A DNA stretch of 64,000 nucleotides from IMG/VR virus record IMGVR_UViG_3300025151_000018, positions 36,889 to 100,888 of that record; one strand, written 5' to 3'. This document shows, one piece after another, positions 19,562 through 29,468 of this stretch. The translations under genes were made by a program, and so were the position numbers. The DNA comes from a virus. Below the pieces are notes generated by a model. It was given only the letters and a program-made list of their open reading frames with translations, was not told the DNA's origin and did not search any database. The number at the start of each line of letters is the position of its first letter. Position 1 is the first letter of the stretch.

Positions 19562-20014
19562 CTAATTCCATACCGTTGATTCGCCATCTTCATCATAAGA
19601 CCAACCGGGTTCATTCCAACATTCTTGGCATAGACCATTACGGCATTCCGCCTGTTGTTCACAGTCATTACACCAATCATCTTCAATTTCCCATTTTAAG
19701 GCTTCTTCCGGCCAGCCATCTTCATCATCATCTGGCTCTCGTAGCATATCCGCACCCGGTCCTGCTTTCATGCGTTGTGATAATTCTTCGTAGTTATCCA
19801 TCCATGAACCAACGATAGCCTGTGCTTCTCGCTTATCAATACCTATTTTTTCCAATTCCATTGGCGCACCGAACATATTGATGCGCCCAGATGCTTGCAG
19901 ATCAAAGAGAAGTTGATACCATCTATCCCATTCAGGGTTAATAGGTGTGTTTTTCAAAATAGACCACCCACGAGAAAGTGCCTTCTTCAAAACATCTGTG
20001 TCTTTCATCATCAA
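19562..20014 (-). CDS. hypothetical protein with N-terminal AFxxGW-like tag and C-terminal Cys motifs
   Basis: KALSRGWSILK at N-terminus; SGRINMFGA segment; CNDC...CQEC. Confidence 0.6.
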   Translation of the reverse strand: MMMKDTDVLKKALSRGWSILKNTPINPEWDRWYQLLFDLQASGRINMFGAPMELEKIGIDKREAQAIVGSWMDNYEELSQRMKAGPGADMLREPDDDEDGWPEEALKWEIEDDWCNDCEQQAECRNGLCQECWNEPGWSYDEDGESTVWN

Positions 20015-20018
20015 TCCC

Positions 20019-22271
20019 TCAATAAATAAAGTATGGGCTTGTTTCTGTCGCCTTCATGTGCCTAATTGCAAACTCAACCTCTGCGGTCACAGGCCCTTTG
20101 TCATCGGGCAACGGGTGATTAGCCTTCAATACAGTATAGTCCTCAATTGTGATGAGAGCATTCTGGCGTGTGCTTGCCGAACCCGGTTTGAATAGTGTCA
20201 TAGTAATGTCGTTAGTGTTGATGTGGTGCTTTCTCTGTCGCAATTCATCAAACCATCGGCTATCTTCAACTAATGCACTAAACTTGAATGTGTATTCTCT
20301 TGCTGCCTCTGTGATTTCAGAAGAGTATTGTGTTGCAGCCTCTTGCACCTGATCGCCAGCAGCATAACTGCCGTCTGTTCCTTTGATATACCATCGGGCG
20401 GTGTTAGAGTTGCTAATACCCAATTCAGCACTAATAGCCCTTAGCAAAGGTGCGCCAAAGGCTTGCATACTCACATGCTGAAACAAATACGGCTTCTCGC
20501 CATTTACTGCGATACCAGACACCCTGCGATTTACATGGGTGTTTGCAGTATTTTCAAACATACGGTGCGGATTGATGAATGTATCTTGAGTATCACTATA
20601 CATTCGCCCTGCTTCATAATCTCCGCTAATCTTTACTTCACCTTCGCTATCGGCTTTGAATGTGAAAGCATTGATTTTACAACCAGAATACACCCTTAGC
20701 ATTTGATTAGCACCGGGTGTAGTGTCTGTGGATCTAAATGATTGCTCAATACTAAATGTTGGCAAGTATGAATAGCCAAAGAAGTTATGCTCAACACCAT
20801 ACTTCAACTCGTTTGTAGTGTCAATGATGGCAGGTGAACCTCTCTCCCATGTTGTTCCGTTGGTGGTGTCATAGGTGTATGCCATTCTTTCAACACCACA
20901 TGATGTAGCGGTGTGTCCGAATAGGAATGGTTCTTCAACATAAACATAAGCAGCATCACCGCCAGCAGCCGTTCCAACCGCCAAAATCCTACGGATTTCA
21001 TGCTTGTTTAGTGTTGGTGCGCTAACATCAGCACCGGGAATTTGAACGGTATCTTTGTCAAAGATTTGTATGTATTCCCCTGCGGTAAATTTGGCTGCGA
21101 TTGTTGCGCCCAAGTTTATTCTCAAATCACCTGCAACTACATCGGCAGCAGGGCCAGCGAGAATGTGAATAGGAACATTGACTGTTTGCGCTCTTGCTAA
21201 TGCGCCAGAATCTATGTCTGTGCAACCTGTAAATTCAGCAGCACCGCCATAAGCACCGTAATGTCCGAGCAATGGTAGCCCATCTGTTGAAAGAACCTTG
21301 AATATGCCACCACCTGTCGCTACGACATCAAAGTTAGCGGTTGCAGTATCTGTGGTTGTAATTGCTAATAGTGTATCAGCAACGCTCAAAGAACCTATCA
21401 ATACATCTTTATCAACTGTGCTACCCAATCCTGTAAGTGTTGAAAATCCTGTTGGTGAATCATTTGTTGTTGTTGTAATGGTGGTATCAATTGTGTTTGT
21501 TCCAAATTCCTGTGCTGCAAGGTTTTTACTTGTTTGACCGTCTTTCAAGTTTAATGGTAAAGCACCCAAGATTGTATTGGCTGATGAAACATGAGAGTAT
21601 TCACCCATGCCCTTTGCAGTATGTCCTCCAAGAGCGTATTTCATAAATCTCAAAGAATGTGCGTTTAGATCGTATGCACCACCACCAAGTGTTTCCTTGC
21701 CACTTGTTAGGACATTGACATCACGCCCCATGCCTACAATGTGTTGCTTTCTAACATCAATCTCGGACTCTGGTAATGAGAATGAGTTAAGCAATCCTAA
21801 GAATTGGTCGGCTTTGATTCGCTCGCTTGTGCCAGCAGCACAGTCAGAGTCAAAGGTTGGCATACGCAATCCATTGATTACAAAGTAATCGTCAGCGTGT
21901 CCGGGGTTGTCAGCCGATACAAGTCTTGGTTGAATTGTAATTGTTGTGTCATCATTTGCCGTGATAGTGAAACTTCTGTATGTTGAAGCGTAATTATCAT
22001 TTGCATGGTTTTGGGAAGCATAAAAGCGAAGTGAAGCACCAACAAGCATATTGTTTGGCACTTTCATCTTTCCATCGGTATGAACCCAATACATACCTTC
22101 ACCGATTGTGATTGTTGATGTGTTTGCGGTTGGCCCTACTTTGGTAGTTTTCCACCCATCGGTTGCGGTTGTTCCATCAACCCATGTTCCTGTTCCTTGT
22201 CCTACTAATCCTGTTTCCTTCGCCATAGAAACTTCGGCTAAATCTCCCTTGAATACTTGGTTTGTCGGCAT
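20019..22271 (-). CDS. major tail tube protein with inserted accessory domains (750 aa)
   Basis: Tube-like segments (LPTFSIEQ, RVYSGCKINAFTFKADSEGEVKIS, REYTFKFSA, PLPDDKGPVTAEVEF) and synteny between terminator and chaperone. No sheath gene seen. Confidence 0.7.
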   Translation of the reverse strand: MPTNQVFKGDLAEVSMAKETGLVGQGTGTWVDGTTATDGWKTTKVGPTANTSTITIGEGMYWVHTDGKMKVPNNMLVGASLRFYASQNHANDNYASTYRSFTITANDDTTITIQPRLVSADNPGHADDYFVINGLRMPTFDSDCAAGTSERIKADQFLGLLNSFSLPESEIDVRKQHIVGMGRDVNVLTSGKETLGGGAYDLNAHSLRFMKYALGGHTAKGMGEYSHVSSANTILGALPLNLKDGQTSKNLAAQEFGTNTIDTTITTTTNDSPTGFSTLTGLGSTVDKDVLIGSLSVADTLLAITTTDTATANFDVVATGGGIFKVLSTDGLPLLGHYGAYGGAAEFTGCTDIDSGALARAQTVNVPIHILAGPAADVVAGDLRINLGATIAAKFTAGEYIQIFDKDTVQIPGADVSAPTLNKHEIRRILAVGTAAGGDAAYVYVEEPFLFGHTATSCGVERMAYTYDTTNGTTWERGSPAIIDTTNELKYGVEHNFFGYSYLPTFSIEQSFRSTDTTPGANQMLRVYSGCKINAFTFKADSEGEVKISGDYEAGRMYSDTQDTFINPHRMFENTANTHVNRRVSGIAVNGEKPYLFQHVSMQAFGAPLLRAISAELGISNSNTARWYIKGTDGSYAAGDQVQEAATQYSSEITEAAREYTFKFSALVEDSRWFDELRQRKHHINTNDITMTLFKPGSASTRQNALITIEDYTVLKANHPLPDDKGPVTAEVEFAIRHMKATETSPYFIY

Positions 22272-22282
22272 CTTTCATCATC

Positions 22283-22714
22283 TCATATTGCGGGGAGGGG
22301 TTGTGCAAAAATCACTATTTCGGCTTGCATTGTGTAGCGGAATAGCCTCTTACTACGGTCAGACAAGTCGGTTCGGGTCTTGAAGATTGCCCTATCAAAG
22401 TTAGATCCATCACCCTTTCTGTGCTTGTGCAGTATTCTCCGCACTTCATCACGAAGCGCACTTAGACGGCTTCTCCCCTTCACCGTTCTAATATCAATTG
22501 TTAGATTGACATGGATATTGACAAAATCAAATAGCAACTCTGGTTGTGCTTCATTGTGTGCAGTTTCAAAGACTCGGATAATGTCATGATCTTGCAAACG
22601 GGTTCGCTTTCCTTCGCCAGACTCTAATGTTGCTATGTCTAAAATTGAGGGTTTTGGAGATACATTCCATTCCCTGTTAAGCAAATTAACAATAGAATCA
22701 ATTGCATCAGTCAT
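22283..22714 (-). CDS. tail terminator / tail completion protein
   Basis: 143 aa directly upstream of the tail tube; LTIDIRT...LRDEVRRIL...FRYTMQAEI pattern. Confidence 0.6.
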   Translation of the reverse strand: MTDAIDSIVNLLNREWNVSPKPSILDIATLESGEGKRTRLQDHDIIRVFETAHNEAQPELLFDFVNIHVNLTIDIRTVKGRSRLSALRDEVRRILHKHRKGDGSNFDRAIFKTRTDLSDRSKRLFRYTMQAEIVIFAQPLPAI

Positions 22715-22980
22715 TCTTTGAAAACCCCCGTTAATTTTGCTTGCGCTTGCGCTACATCTAATGCGAAGGGGCTATTCTCTTTATGCTTATTCATTATTTC
22801 GGCTAATTCACCCTCATCAAGAGGTATGTTATCTTCCTCTGCCATATTTTGCTCTTGAATCATAAGAGCCTCTAAGTGATTTGGTTCTGCGTCTTGTTGC
22901 TTGGCTACTGCTGCTTTGTATTCCTCAAGTGCCTTTGTCTTAGACTCAAAGACTTTCAACACTTCTGGTATATCCATCAT
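22711..22980 (-). CDS. hypothetical protein (head-tail region)
   Basis: 89-aa ORF with 4-nt start/stop overlaps to both neighbours. Confidence 0.6.
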   Translation of the reverse strand: MMDIPEVLKVFESKTKALEEYKAAVAKQQDAEPNHLEALMIQEQNMAEEDNIPLDEGELAEIMNKHKENSPFALDVAQAQAKLTGVFKE

Positions 22981-23162
22981 TTGTCGCCTCTCATTTCCTC
23001 TATTCCAGCATCAACGGCTCGCTTTTTGCCATCACAATCACGGCAAAACTGTCCTGTTGATTTAGAACCAGACCAAATAACACCGTATTTGTCGCAATCG
23101 CTACAATGATCTATGATTTTACCTGATGGTAATTGTTGTCTTTGTGGTGCTTTCTCAACCAT
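22977..23162 (-). CDS. small Zn-ribbon protein
   Basis: CSDC...CRDC; tightly packed in the operon. Confidence 0.55.
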   Translation of the reverse strand: MVEKAPQRQQLPSGKIIDHCSDCDKYGVIWSGSKSTGQFCRDCDGKKRAVDAGIEEMRGDK

Positions 23163-23166
23163 TTTA

Positions 23167-24783
23167 TCAGCCTCCCATTCCCGCTACTACAATGCTCTCT
23201 TGAAACGGCACGAGAAGTTTGGCAACCTCTGCCTCTAACTTCTGGTGCTTAGATGCCAAGTCCACATTTTGTGTTCCTTCGGGGAATAATACAGAATAAT
23301 CATCGGACATGAGAATATCCATGACTACCAATTTAGTGCAAGCATCTTCAATGCTCTTATCAACATACCTTTCACCGTAAATGTAAGCCATTCTTAGCGA
23401 ATGGTTCTCAAAGAATGGATATTCATTGTTAAACAGTATTTGACCGTTCTCTTCAATAGACCACCACGATCTTTGTCGCTCTTCATCATCAATATCACAC
23501 AAAAAGCGAACCTGCTTCAAAGTAGCACCTATGGTTAGTGATGTGGTAAAACTCCCTTCTTCATCACTAATCACGGTGAAAGTGTTGCCGACTCGGTTGC
23601 ATAGCGCAATCCTGTTTGTAGTGCCATCTTGAATAAATACCAGACCATATCCATTGGTAAAGTGGCTGGCGTTATTAACCGTAAATGATGTAATAGGCGT
23701 TCCTGTTGTGCCATCAACAGTCGCTTCGCAAGTAGTATGAAGATTCTTAATGAAATTGATAGCACCGTTATCACTAATTGCTATTGTTGCATTCTTTCCA
23801 CCCTCTGTGCTACGCATAGATGAAACCTCAACCACACCATCACCCATATCGCTATTGCCAAGTGCCATAAACTCGTGATTAACATTTAGTGTTGCTGATG
23901 ACGATGTTGCAGTTTCAACGGTCAAACTGCCTATCTGTATTGCTGATTTATTAAAATCAGGGTCTTGGTTGATTAGTGCTGCGATATTTTCAGCCGTTGA
24001 TTTGTGATCAAACTGCGACCTCCACTTAGTTTGAGCGTCATCTCCCTCTGTCAATTTAGCCACACCATTTGCACCCGGACATAGGTAAATGCTCTTGCCA
24101 CTTAATGCGGTATGATCCATGATGCGGAATGCAGCACGAGCAGCAGCCATTTCACGGTAGTAATCACCTTGCCATGCACCCATCTTTAGAATGCGTTGAA
24201 TAGCCCCATGCTTGACAAATACTGCACCAACATAGTCGGTATAGTATCGCCTTCGGTATGGTTTGAATGTTGTGAAGTTTAGGTATTCCTCTGATACAAG
24301 TCGTGGTCGCCAAGCGTGTCGGGTCACGGTATCAATGTAATCTTGCCTAATCTTGATTAAATGCTCAACATGACTCTTTTTGACACCACGCTCATTACTG
24401 TTAGTAAATGCTGATTTGTGTTGAATGTATGCGTTATTTGCAGTAGTAAATGACTCCGAACCTTCTTTTGCTGCGATAAGATATATTTGACCTGCCGACC
24501 CTACTGATGCCGTTGATGTGATTGTGTATGTCTTGCCAATAGCATCGGCATCATCATACACCAATATGTTATCAGTAGCCTCATAGCCCCATCTCCTAAA
24601 GTCAGCACCAGATATGGGGAATTTAATATCACTACCATCAATTACACTATCACCTGCTAATGTGATAGGATCGGGTAATGGTAATTGAAGATACTCGCTA
24701 ACCTTTTGCACCGTTGTATAAACCAATTCATCAGGGTATAACGGTGCATTTGGTCTATGTCCGGGTGAGAATGTGCGTGGCAT
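23167..24783 (-). CDS. head-tail adaptor (gp6/gp15-like) with inserted domains
   Basis: YTTVQKVSEYL...RQDYIDTVTRHAW and C-terminal MAYIYG...IEDACTKLVVMDIL adaptor signature; synteny. Confidence 0.65.
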   Translation of the reverse strand: MPRTFSPGHRPNAPLYPDELVYTTVQKVSEYLQLPLPDPITLAGDSVIDGSDIKFPISGADFRRWGYEATDNILVYDDADAIGKTYTITSTASVGSAGQIYLIAAKEGSESFTTANNAYIQHKSAFTNSNERGVKKSHVEHLIKIRQDYIDTVTRHAWRPRLVSEEYLNFTTFKPYRRRYYTDYVGAVFVKHGAIQRILKMGAWQGDYYREMAAARAAFRIMDHTALSGKSIYLCPGANGVAKLTEGDDAQTKWRSQFDHKSTAENIAALINQDPDFNKSAIQIGSLTVETATSSSATLNVNHEFMALGNSDMGDGVVEVSSMRSTEGGKNATIAISDNGAINFIKNLHTTCEATVDGTTGTPITSFTVNNASHFTNGYGLVFIQDGTTNRIALCNRVGNTFTVISDEEGSFTTSLTIGATLKQVRFLCDIDDEERQRSWWSIEENGQILFNNEYPFFENHSLRMAYIYGERYVDKSIEDACTKLVVMDILMSDDYSVLFPEGTQNVDLASKHQKLEAEVAKLLVPFQESIVVAGMGG

Positions 24784-25109
24784 TAGCGACCACCCCTGCT
24801 ATGTGAGCCGAGATTGTAGTGCATAGCATCACCACACACGCCACACTTTGGAGTCCAACAGAAATGCAAAGCACCACAGGATAGGCATCTTGTGCCAGCA
24901 CCTATGTTTTGTATGTTCTTTCGCTCGCTCTTTCGCATTCGCACCCTTGTTTTTGTAGCGTTCTTCATGTTCTCCTTAGAAAACGGAGAATCATCTTCGG
25001 CTATTGAAGATTGACGGGCGTTTGCAATTTCCGCCATTCGGACTTTGCGCCTTCTTTGAATGTCATAAGACTCTTCAAAGTCAAGATTTTCAACTTTCAT
25101 CCGAGCCAT
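24783..25109 (-). CDS. basic Zn-ribbon protein
   Basis: CLSCG...CGVCG; 1-nt overlap with the next gene. Confidence 0.6.
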   Translation of the reverse strand: MARMKVENLDFEESYDIQRRRKVRMAEIANARQSSIAEDDSPFSKENMKNATKTRVRMRKSERKNIQNIGAGTRCLSCGALHFCWTPKCGVCGDAMHYNLGSHSRGGR

Positions 25110-25136
25110 TTATTGCCACCCCGTAAGGCGACAACC

Positions 25137-25466
25137 TCATGCCCTGCGCCCAACTACTGTTAGGTAAATTGTGTGTGTTGAAAGGTTTGTTCCATCACCA
25201 ACGGCATCCAGAGCAGCACCATCAGCACCTGCTTCAAAAGCCAATAGCAACTCATTATCTCGGTCATATTGCCAAACATATCCTGTTCCGCCACCGTCAA
25301 GTGTGATTGTTTCCATGATTGGGATTGAGCATAATTCACTTAGTTTCAAATCTTCACCTGCTGCCAGCCATGAGTCGTCTGGGGTGATCTTGAATGTTGC
25401 GGTGATACGGCTACCTTGAACCGAGTTTCTTCCTTCTTGTGATACTGTCAATGCCATGTCGCTCAT
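25137..25466 (-). CDS. putative minor capsid/decoration protein
   Basis: 109-aa beta-rich ORF downstream of MCP. Confidence 0.45.
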   Translation of the reverse strand: MSDMALTVSQEGRNSVQGSRITATFKITPDDSWLAAGEDLKLSELCSIPIMETITLDGGGTGYVWQYDRDNELLLAFEAGADGAALDAVGDGTNLSTHTIYLTVVGRRA

Positions 25467-25500
25467 TCCCTGTGTATGTGTCCTTATTCATAAGTATTGC

Positions 25501-26088
25501 TCAAGAATACAAAATTGTTAGCCTAATTTTACCTGTGTCAGCAGCCCATGCGGTTGAAGTTTCTAACTTGAAATTGACTGTTCCACAAACTCTTCCGGTC
25601 CAAGGTTGATTCTTATCAATTGGTATTTGAGTGTTTGATGGATCGCCAATCTTTGGTGTGGCTGGTGTTGAATGTGAACTTCGCCCTACGCTAACTGATA
25701 GCGAATGTTCCATACTACCCGCACCTTCTTGGGTTGCGCCTTCGGTTGTTTGAAATTGATAGAAGCCTCTTCCGCCAGATTTGTTTGTAAAATCTAACTC
25801 GGTAATTGGGTTGCAGTAATTTATTGGATCTCCGCCCAATTTACCGTAATCTCCACATTGTATCGCCAAAGACCCATGTGTAGTTTGGGTGTCTGTGTTT
25901 GTTGCCAATTTACTAATAGATGTATCTAACCAGACATTGTGAATTTCGCCATTCATTTGAATTGCTGCGGTTATTTGAGTTTGACCTGCAAGATCAGCAG
26001 CGTCATACTCAAACACAATGCGATTAACTCTGGTGCGTGAACCGTATCGGCCTTCACCATCTTCAATGCTATGTGCTATGATAGGCAT
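25501..26088 (-). CDS. putative virion structural protein
   Basis: 195-aa beta-rich ORF in the post-MCP cluster. Confidence 0.45.
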   Translation of the reverse strand: MPIIAHSIEDGEGRYGSRTRVNRIVFEYDAADLAGQTQITAAIQMNGEIHNVWLDTSISKLATNTDTQTTHGSLAIQCGDYGKLGGDPINYCNPITELDFTNKSGGRGFYQFQTTEGATQEGAGSMEHSLSVSVGRSSHSTPATPKIGDPSNTQIPIDKNQPWTGRVCGTVNFKLETSTAWAADTGKIRLTILYS

Positions 26089-26525
26089 TATTGTTCACCC
26101 TCGCCACTATCTTCGGTAGCGGGGTTCATCAAAGCCTCTGCTCTTGCAGTTAGTGAAGCCTTAGTTGCGGTGCGTGGCACACTTTCGCCACGAGCCTTGA
26201 ACCACTTTACCATTTCATTACGAGTCCAATTAGGGTCAAATGCAACTTCTTCAACAGTTTCCTCAACCACTTCTGGTGCAGGTTCTTCAACAACTACTTC
26301 TTCAACAACAGGTTCTTCAATGGCTTTTGCCATTTCTTTTGCCTGTGCCACAGGTTTGTCATCAAGGACAACCCAAATCTTAGAAGTGTCATTCTTGAAC
26401 ATCTCAACCAGATCTGCTGGTATGTCATGTTGAATCCTTTGCCGAGTCCAGCCGTATCGCACACCGTTAATGCTTGATGTGTATTCAACATAAGACCTGT
26501 TGCCTACATATTGAATGCTAACCAT
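26088..26525 (-). CDS. acidic protein with C-terminal HeH/SAP-like motif
   Basis: WTRNEMVKWFKARGESVPRTATKASL after an E/V/P-rich linker. Confidence 0.55.
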   Translation of the reverse strand: MVSIQYVGNRSYVEYTSSINGVRYGWTRQRIQHDIPADLVEMFKNDTSKIWVVLDDKPVAQAKEMAKAIEEPVVEEVVVEEPAPEVVEETVEEVAFDPNWTRNEMVKWFKARGESVPRTATKASLTARAEALMNPATEDSGEGEQ

Positions 26526-26538
26526 TCAGTTAGCCCCC

Positions 26539-26922
26539 TCAATTGTATAGCAAGGTCAATCGGAATGTGTCTGTGTTTGTTCCGCCCGGTGAAGTGAAAA
26601 TGACTCGTGGCCCTGCATGACGAATGTCAGCAGGTAATTCAAAACCACCAGAGTTGTTCACTACACTAAGGACAGATACTACATTAGAACCTAATACCCC
26701 TGCAATCTTTGTTGCATCAGCCGTATCAGCCAAATCAAGAGTTGTTAGGGTGCTTGCAGCAGTTATTTGAACATCAACTACCAACAGGTTTAGCGCACCT
26801 GCTGCTGAATTGCTACCAATTGGGCTTTGAAGCCAATCTGTGCTTGAAGGGTCAGACCCCGCCCACATTCTTTGATCTAATACTACTGAACATCCTGCTT
26901 GTGTCAAATTTCCGTTTGCCAT
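26539..26922 (-). CDS. putative capsid decoration/minor capsid protein
   Basis: 127-aa beta-rich ORF immediately after MCP. Confidence 0.45.
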   Translation of the reverse strand: MANGNLTQAGCSVVLDQRMWAGSDPSSTDWLQSPIGSNSAAGALNLLVVDVQITAASTLTTLDLADTADATKIAGVLGSNVVSVLSVVNNSGGFELPADIRHAGPRVIFTSPGGTNTDTFRLTLLYN

Positions 26923-26956
26923 ATTACCACCTACTTACTATCTCCTATTTTAACCC

Positions 26957-28105
26957 TCAACTCAAATCACGGATTTTACCGCTTGCTTTGAAGAAAGCAC
27001 AAATCAATTCACCCATAGTGTGAAACATTCCCATTTGACCTAATCGGTTGATACCGAATGGGTCGCCTGTTTCAATTCCAGACTCGTGATACAATGTTGG
27101 TTTAGCCGTTGTGAACCAACTGTAATCTGTGTCAAGGAAATACATACGGCTACTGCCGTCTTTCTTTACATCTTTAGAAGGAATGATAGGCACACCGTTG
27201 TAAGTTGCTACCATGAACCCACCTTGAATACCGGGAACTCCCTTTACACCATTTACACCCGGAACAACTCTCTTCATTTCAACGAAGCGTTGTTGTGGTT
27301 GCAATAGTTGCTGGATAGTTTCAAGTGTGTCATAGCCTGTTAGGATAACCTTTGGTTGGCCTCCCGCTTCCCAGACGCTCTTGAACATTCCATCAAGGAT
27401 ATTTAGTGATAGCGCACGATTTGCTGCTGCTACACCACCATCAACTTGAGCATCATACCAATTATCAGAAGTTCCAGCAGCACGAGTCAAATTGTAAATG
27501 TTGTGATCGGTTGCCAAATCAACGAAGTCTGTTGCAGTTTCAACGAATGCACTTGAAGTAATACGGTCAAGTGATTCAAAGTTGTTGCCAGCAGTAGTTT
27601 GCACATCTTCAAGAAGCATCTTATTGATGTGTTCTGTGTGGTGCTTTGCCATCTCCATCTTCATAACTGCTCTTGCATCTCCAAGACCATCATCTTTGTC
27701 AGCAAGGAACATAGCAGTTTCAGACAAGTCAAATGTGTGTGCGACTGTCTTTGGCTTTGTGCTTACATGCTCAAAGGTTGGCTTGGTTGTTTCTGGTAGT
27801 GTTGCGTTTTCACCGACACCGCCACCTTTCGCAAAGTCAGGCTTTGCGGTGGTGACCCTCCAACCAGACTTCTCCCAAGGCTTCTTAGGAAGGATAGAAA
27901 ATGCGTTAAACTCTTGGTTCAACTGCGACCATACTTTGCGACCAAATAGTGCTTGGTATGTTCCACTTGTGCTTGACATAAGAGGGGAATCAGCCTTCAA
28001 TAGATCTGTTCCCGAATACGCCCATGCGTTTTGTCCTGTTCCAGCCCCATAATAGAGGCGTTCCATATCTTCAATTGTGCGAATATAACCTGTGCTTCCA
28101 CTCAT
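26957..28105 (-). CDS. major capsid protein (HK97 fold)
   Basis: Follows the protease. GGGVGENATLPET...KPKTVAH, KVILTGYDT, ATYNGVPIIPSKD...MYFLDT, GKIRDL C-terminus. GGAGATGA RBS. Confidence 0.9.
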   Translation of the reverse strand: MSGSTGYIRTIEDMERLYYGAGTGQNAWAYSGTDLLKADSPLMSSTSGTYQALFGRKVWSQLNQEFNAFSILPKKPWEKSGWRVTTAKPDFAKGGGVGENATLPETTKPTFEHVSTKPKTVAHTFDLSETAMFLADKDDGLGDARAVMKMEMAKHHTEHINKMLLEDVQTTAGNNFESLDRITSSAFVETATDFVDLATDHNIYNLTRAAGTSDNWYDAQVDGGVAAANRALSLNILDGMFKSVWEAGGQPKVILTGYDTLETIQQLLQPQQRFVEMKRVVPGVNGVKGVPGIQGGFMVATYNGVPIIPSKDVKKDGSSRMYFLDTDYSWFTTAKPTLYHESGIETGDPFGINRLGQMGMFHTMGELICAFFKASGKIRDLS

Positions 28106-28123
28106 CTAATCATCTCCTTCCGT

Positions 28124-29437
28124 TTATTGTGTTCCCCCGAACAAGGCTCTTTGGCCTAACTCTTCTAAGGCTCTCCATCCATCAAGGCCGTTGCCAAGTG
28201 CTGCATACTCTTCATGTGTTGGTATGCGAATGTCGCTCTGGGAGGGAATAGGTGCTGCTGACTTTTGAATCTCTGCGTTTGTGTTTCGCAGGTTTGCAAT
28301 TTCAGCCTTTAGTGCTGCAATTTGTGAACCATGATCGTTTGCTTTCTGAATCTCCAAAGCGTGTTGGGTTTCAGCCTCATATCGGTCATGCCATTCTTTC
28401 TCAACAAGTGCTTTTACCGCTTCTTCATCACGAATTGCGGAGTATGCTGCATATCCACGCTCAAGGGATTGAGGGGATAGGTCAAGACCTTGCTTGATGA
28501 TGTTCTTGCCACCTGTTGGGGCAGGGTTCTTCATCTGTTGTGGTTGCTTGATAACATATTTGTTGGATTTAGCGTTAGGTAGTGAAGGTGCTGATGCAAG
28601 GGTTGCATCTTCTCCGCTACCATATAGGTCGCCTTGTCCTCTGTGAGTATATCCGTGAGAACCATCAACGCCAACCATGTATGCTTTTCCGAGTCCGAAG
28701 TGTCCTCGTAGTCCATCAAGATCGACACCTTGCTGATGTGCAAACTTTTCAAGGGAGTCAATGTATGCAATTGCTGCTTCTTCCTCTTGTTTTGCCATCA
28801 TAGGTGCTGGTTGTTCTGTCGGTGTTTCTGGTGCATCAGCCATGTGTTTGTTAATTCTTGCCAACGCATCTCGTATCTCTGTCAATGTTTCGCCTGTTTC
28901 GCCTGTCATTATATCATCATCCATTTTCAATAGGGTGTATGTGCTTTCTGGGTTAATACCCTTTTTACATAGAGTAATCTCATGTAATTCCATGTCGGTA
29001 ATTTCCCTATGAGAACCGTGTTCTTCTGTTGTTTTAGAAACACGGAATAGGGCTTGACCGCCAATGGAGAATGCACGAAGTTCGCCAGAGCGAACCTGCT
29101 TTTGGACTTCACGAGCCTTTTCTATGTCATCACGAATGCGACATACTACAAATAAGCCGTGATCATCAACTGTTGATTTCCATACTCTGCCATCACTATC
29201 TGTATATGATGGTAGCACTTCACCAACCTGAATACCACTATGTGCAAGTTGCACATTACGGTATGATGGGTTTTGCATGAACCCGTTAAATGCCTTTTTC
29301 AATGCTGAAACAGGGATTCTATCTCCTTGTTTATCAACCATATCAACAGAGGCATAGCCAGCAATAACAAGGTCGTTTCCTGAATCGGCTTTCAGAATAA
29401 ACTCTGAACCCGTTGCAGACCATGTTGCGCTTGCCAT
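28124..29437 (-). CDS. prohead protease (HK97-type) fused to scaffold-like coiled coil
   Basis: IAGYASVDMVDKQGD, QLAHS (His), LRAFSIGG (Ser), LHEITLC..GINPE; helical C-terminal half. Confidence 0.9.
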   Translation of the reverse strand: MASATWSATGSEFILKADSGNDLVIAGYASVDMVDKQGDRIPVSALKKAFNGFMQNPSYRNVQLAHSGIQVGEVLPSYTDSDGRVWKSTVDDHGLFVVCRIRDDIEKAREVQKQVRSGELRAFSIGGQALFRVSKTTEEHGSHREITDMELHEITLCKKGINPESTYTLLKMDDDIMTGETGETLTEIRDALARINKHMADAPETPTEQPAPMMAKQEEEAAIAYIDSLEKFAHQQGVDLDGLRGHFGLGKAYMVGVDGSHGYTHRGQGDLYGSGEDATLASAPSLPNAKSNKYVIKQPQQMKNPAPTGGKNIIKQGLDLSPQSLERGYAAYSAIRDEEAVKALVEKEWHDRYEAETQHALEIQKANDHGSQIAALKAEIANLRNTNAEIQKSAAPIPSQSDIRIPTHEEYAALGNGLDGWRALEELGQRALFGGTQ

Positions 29438-29461
29438 TGTCCTACCAAACTAATGTTATGG

Positions 29462-29468
29462 TATTTAA
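29462..29468 (-). promoter_or_regulatory. archaeal TATA box for protease/MCP operon
   Basis: TTAAATA(C) about 25 nt upstream of the protease ATG; the same octamer precedes the 52935 gene at similar spacing. Confidence 0.5.

Noticed and set aside
20019-22271. Tail sheath (myovirus) because of the 750-aa size
   Set aside because: No sheath motifs recognised and no separate small tube gene; tube-like segments plus insertions explain the length.
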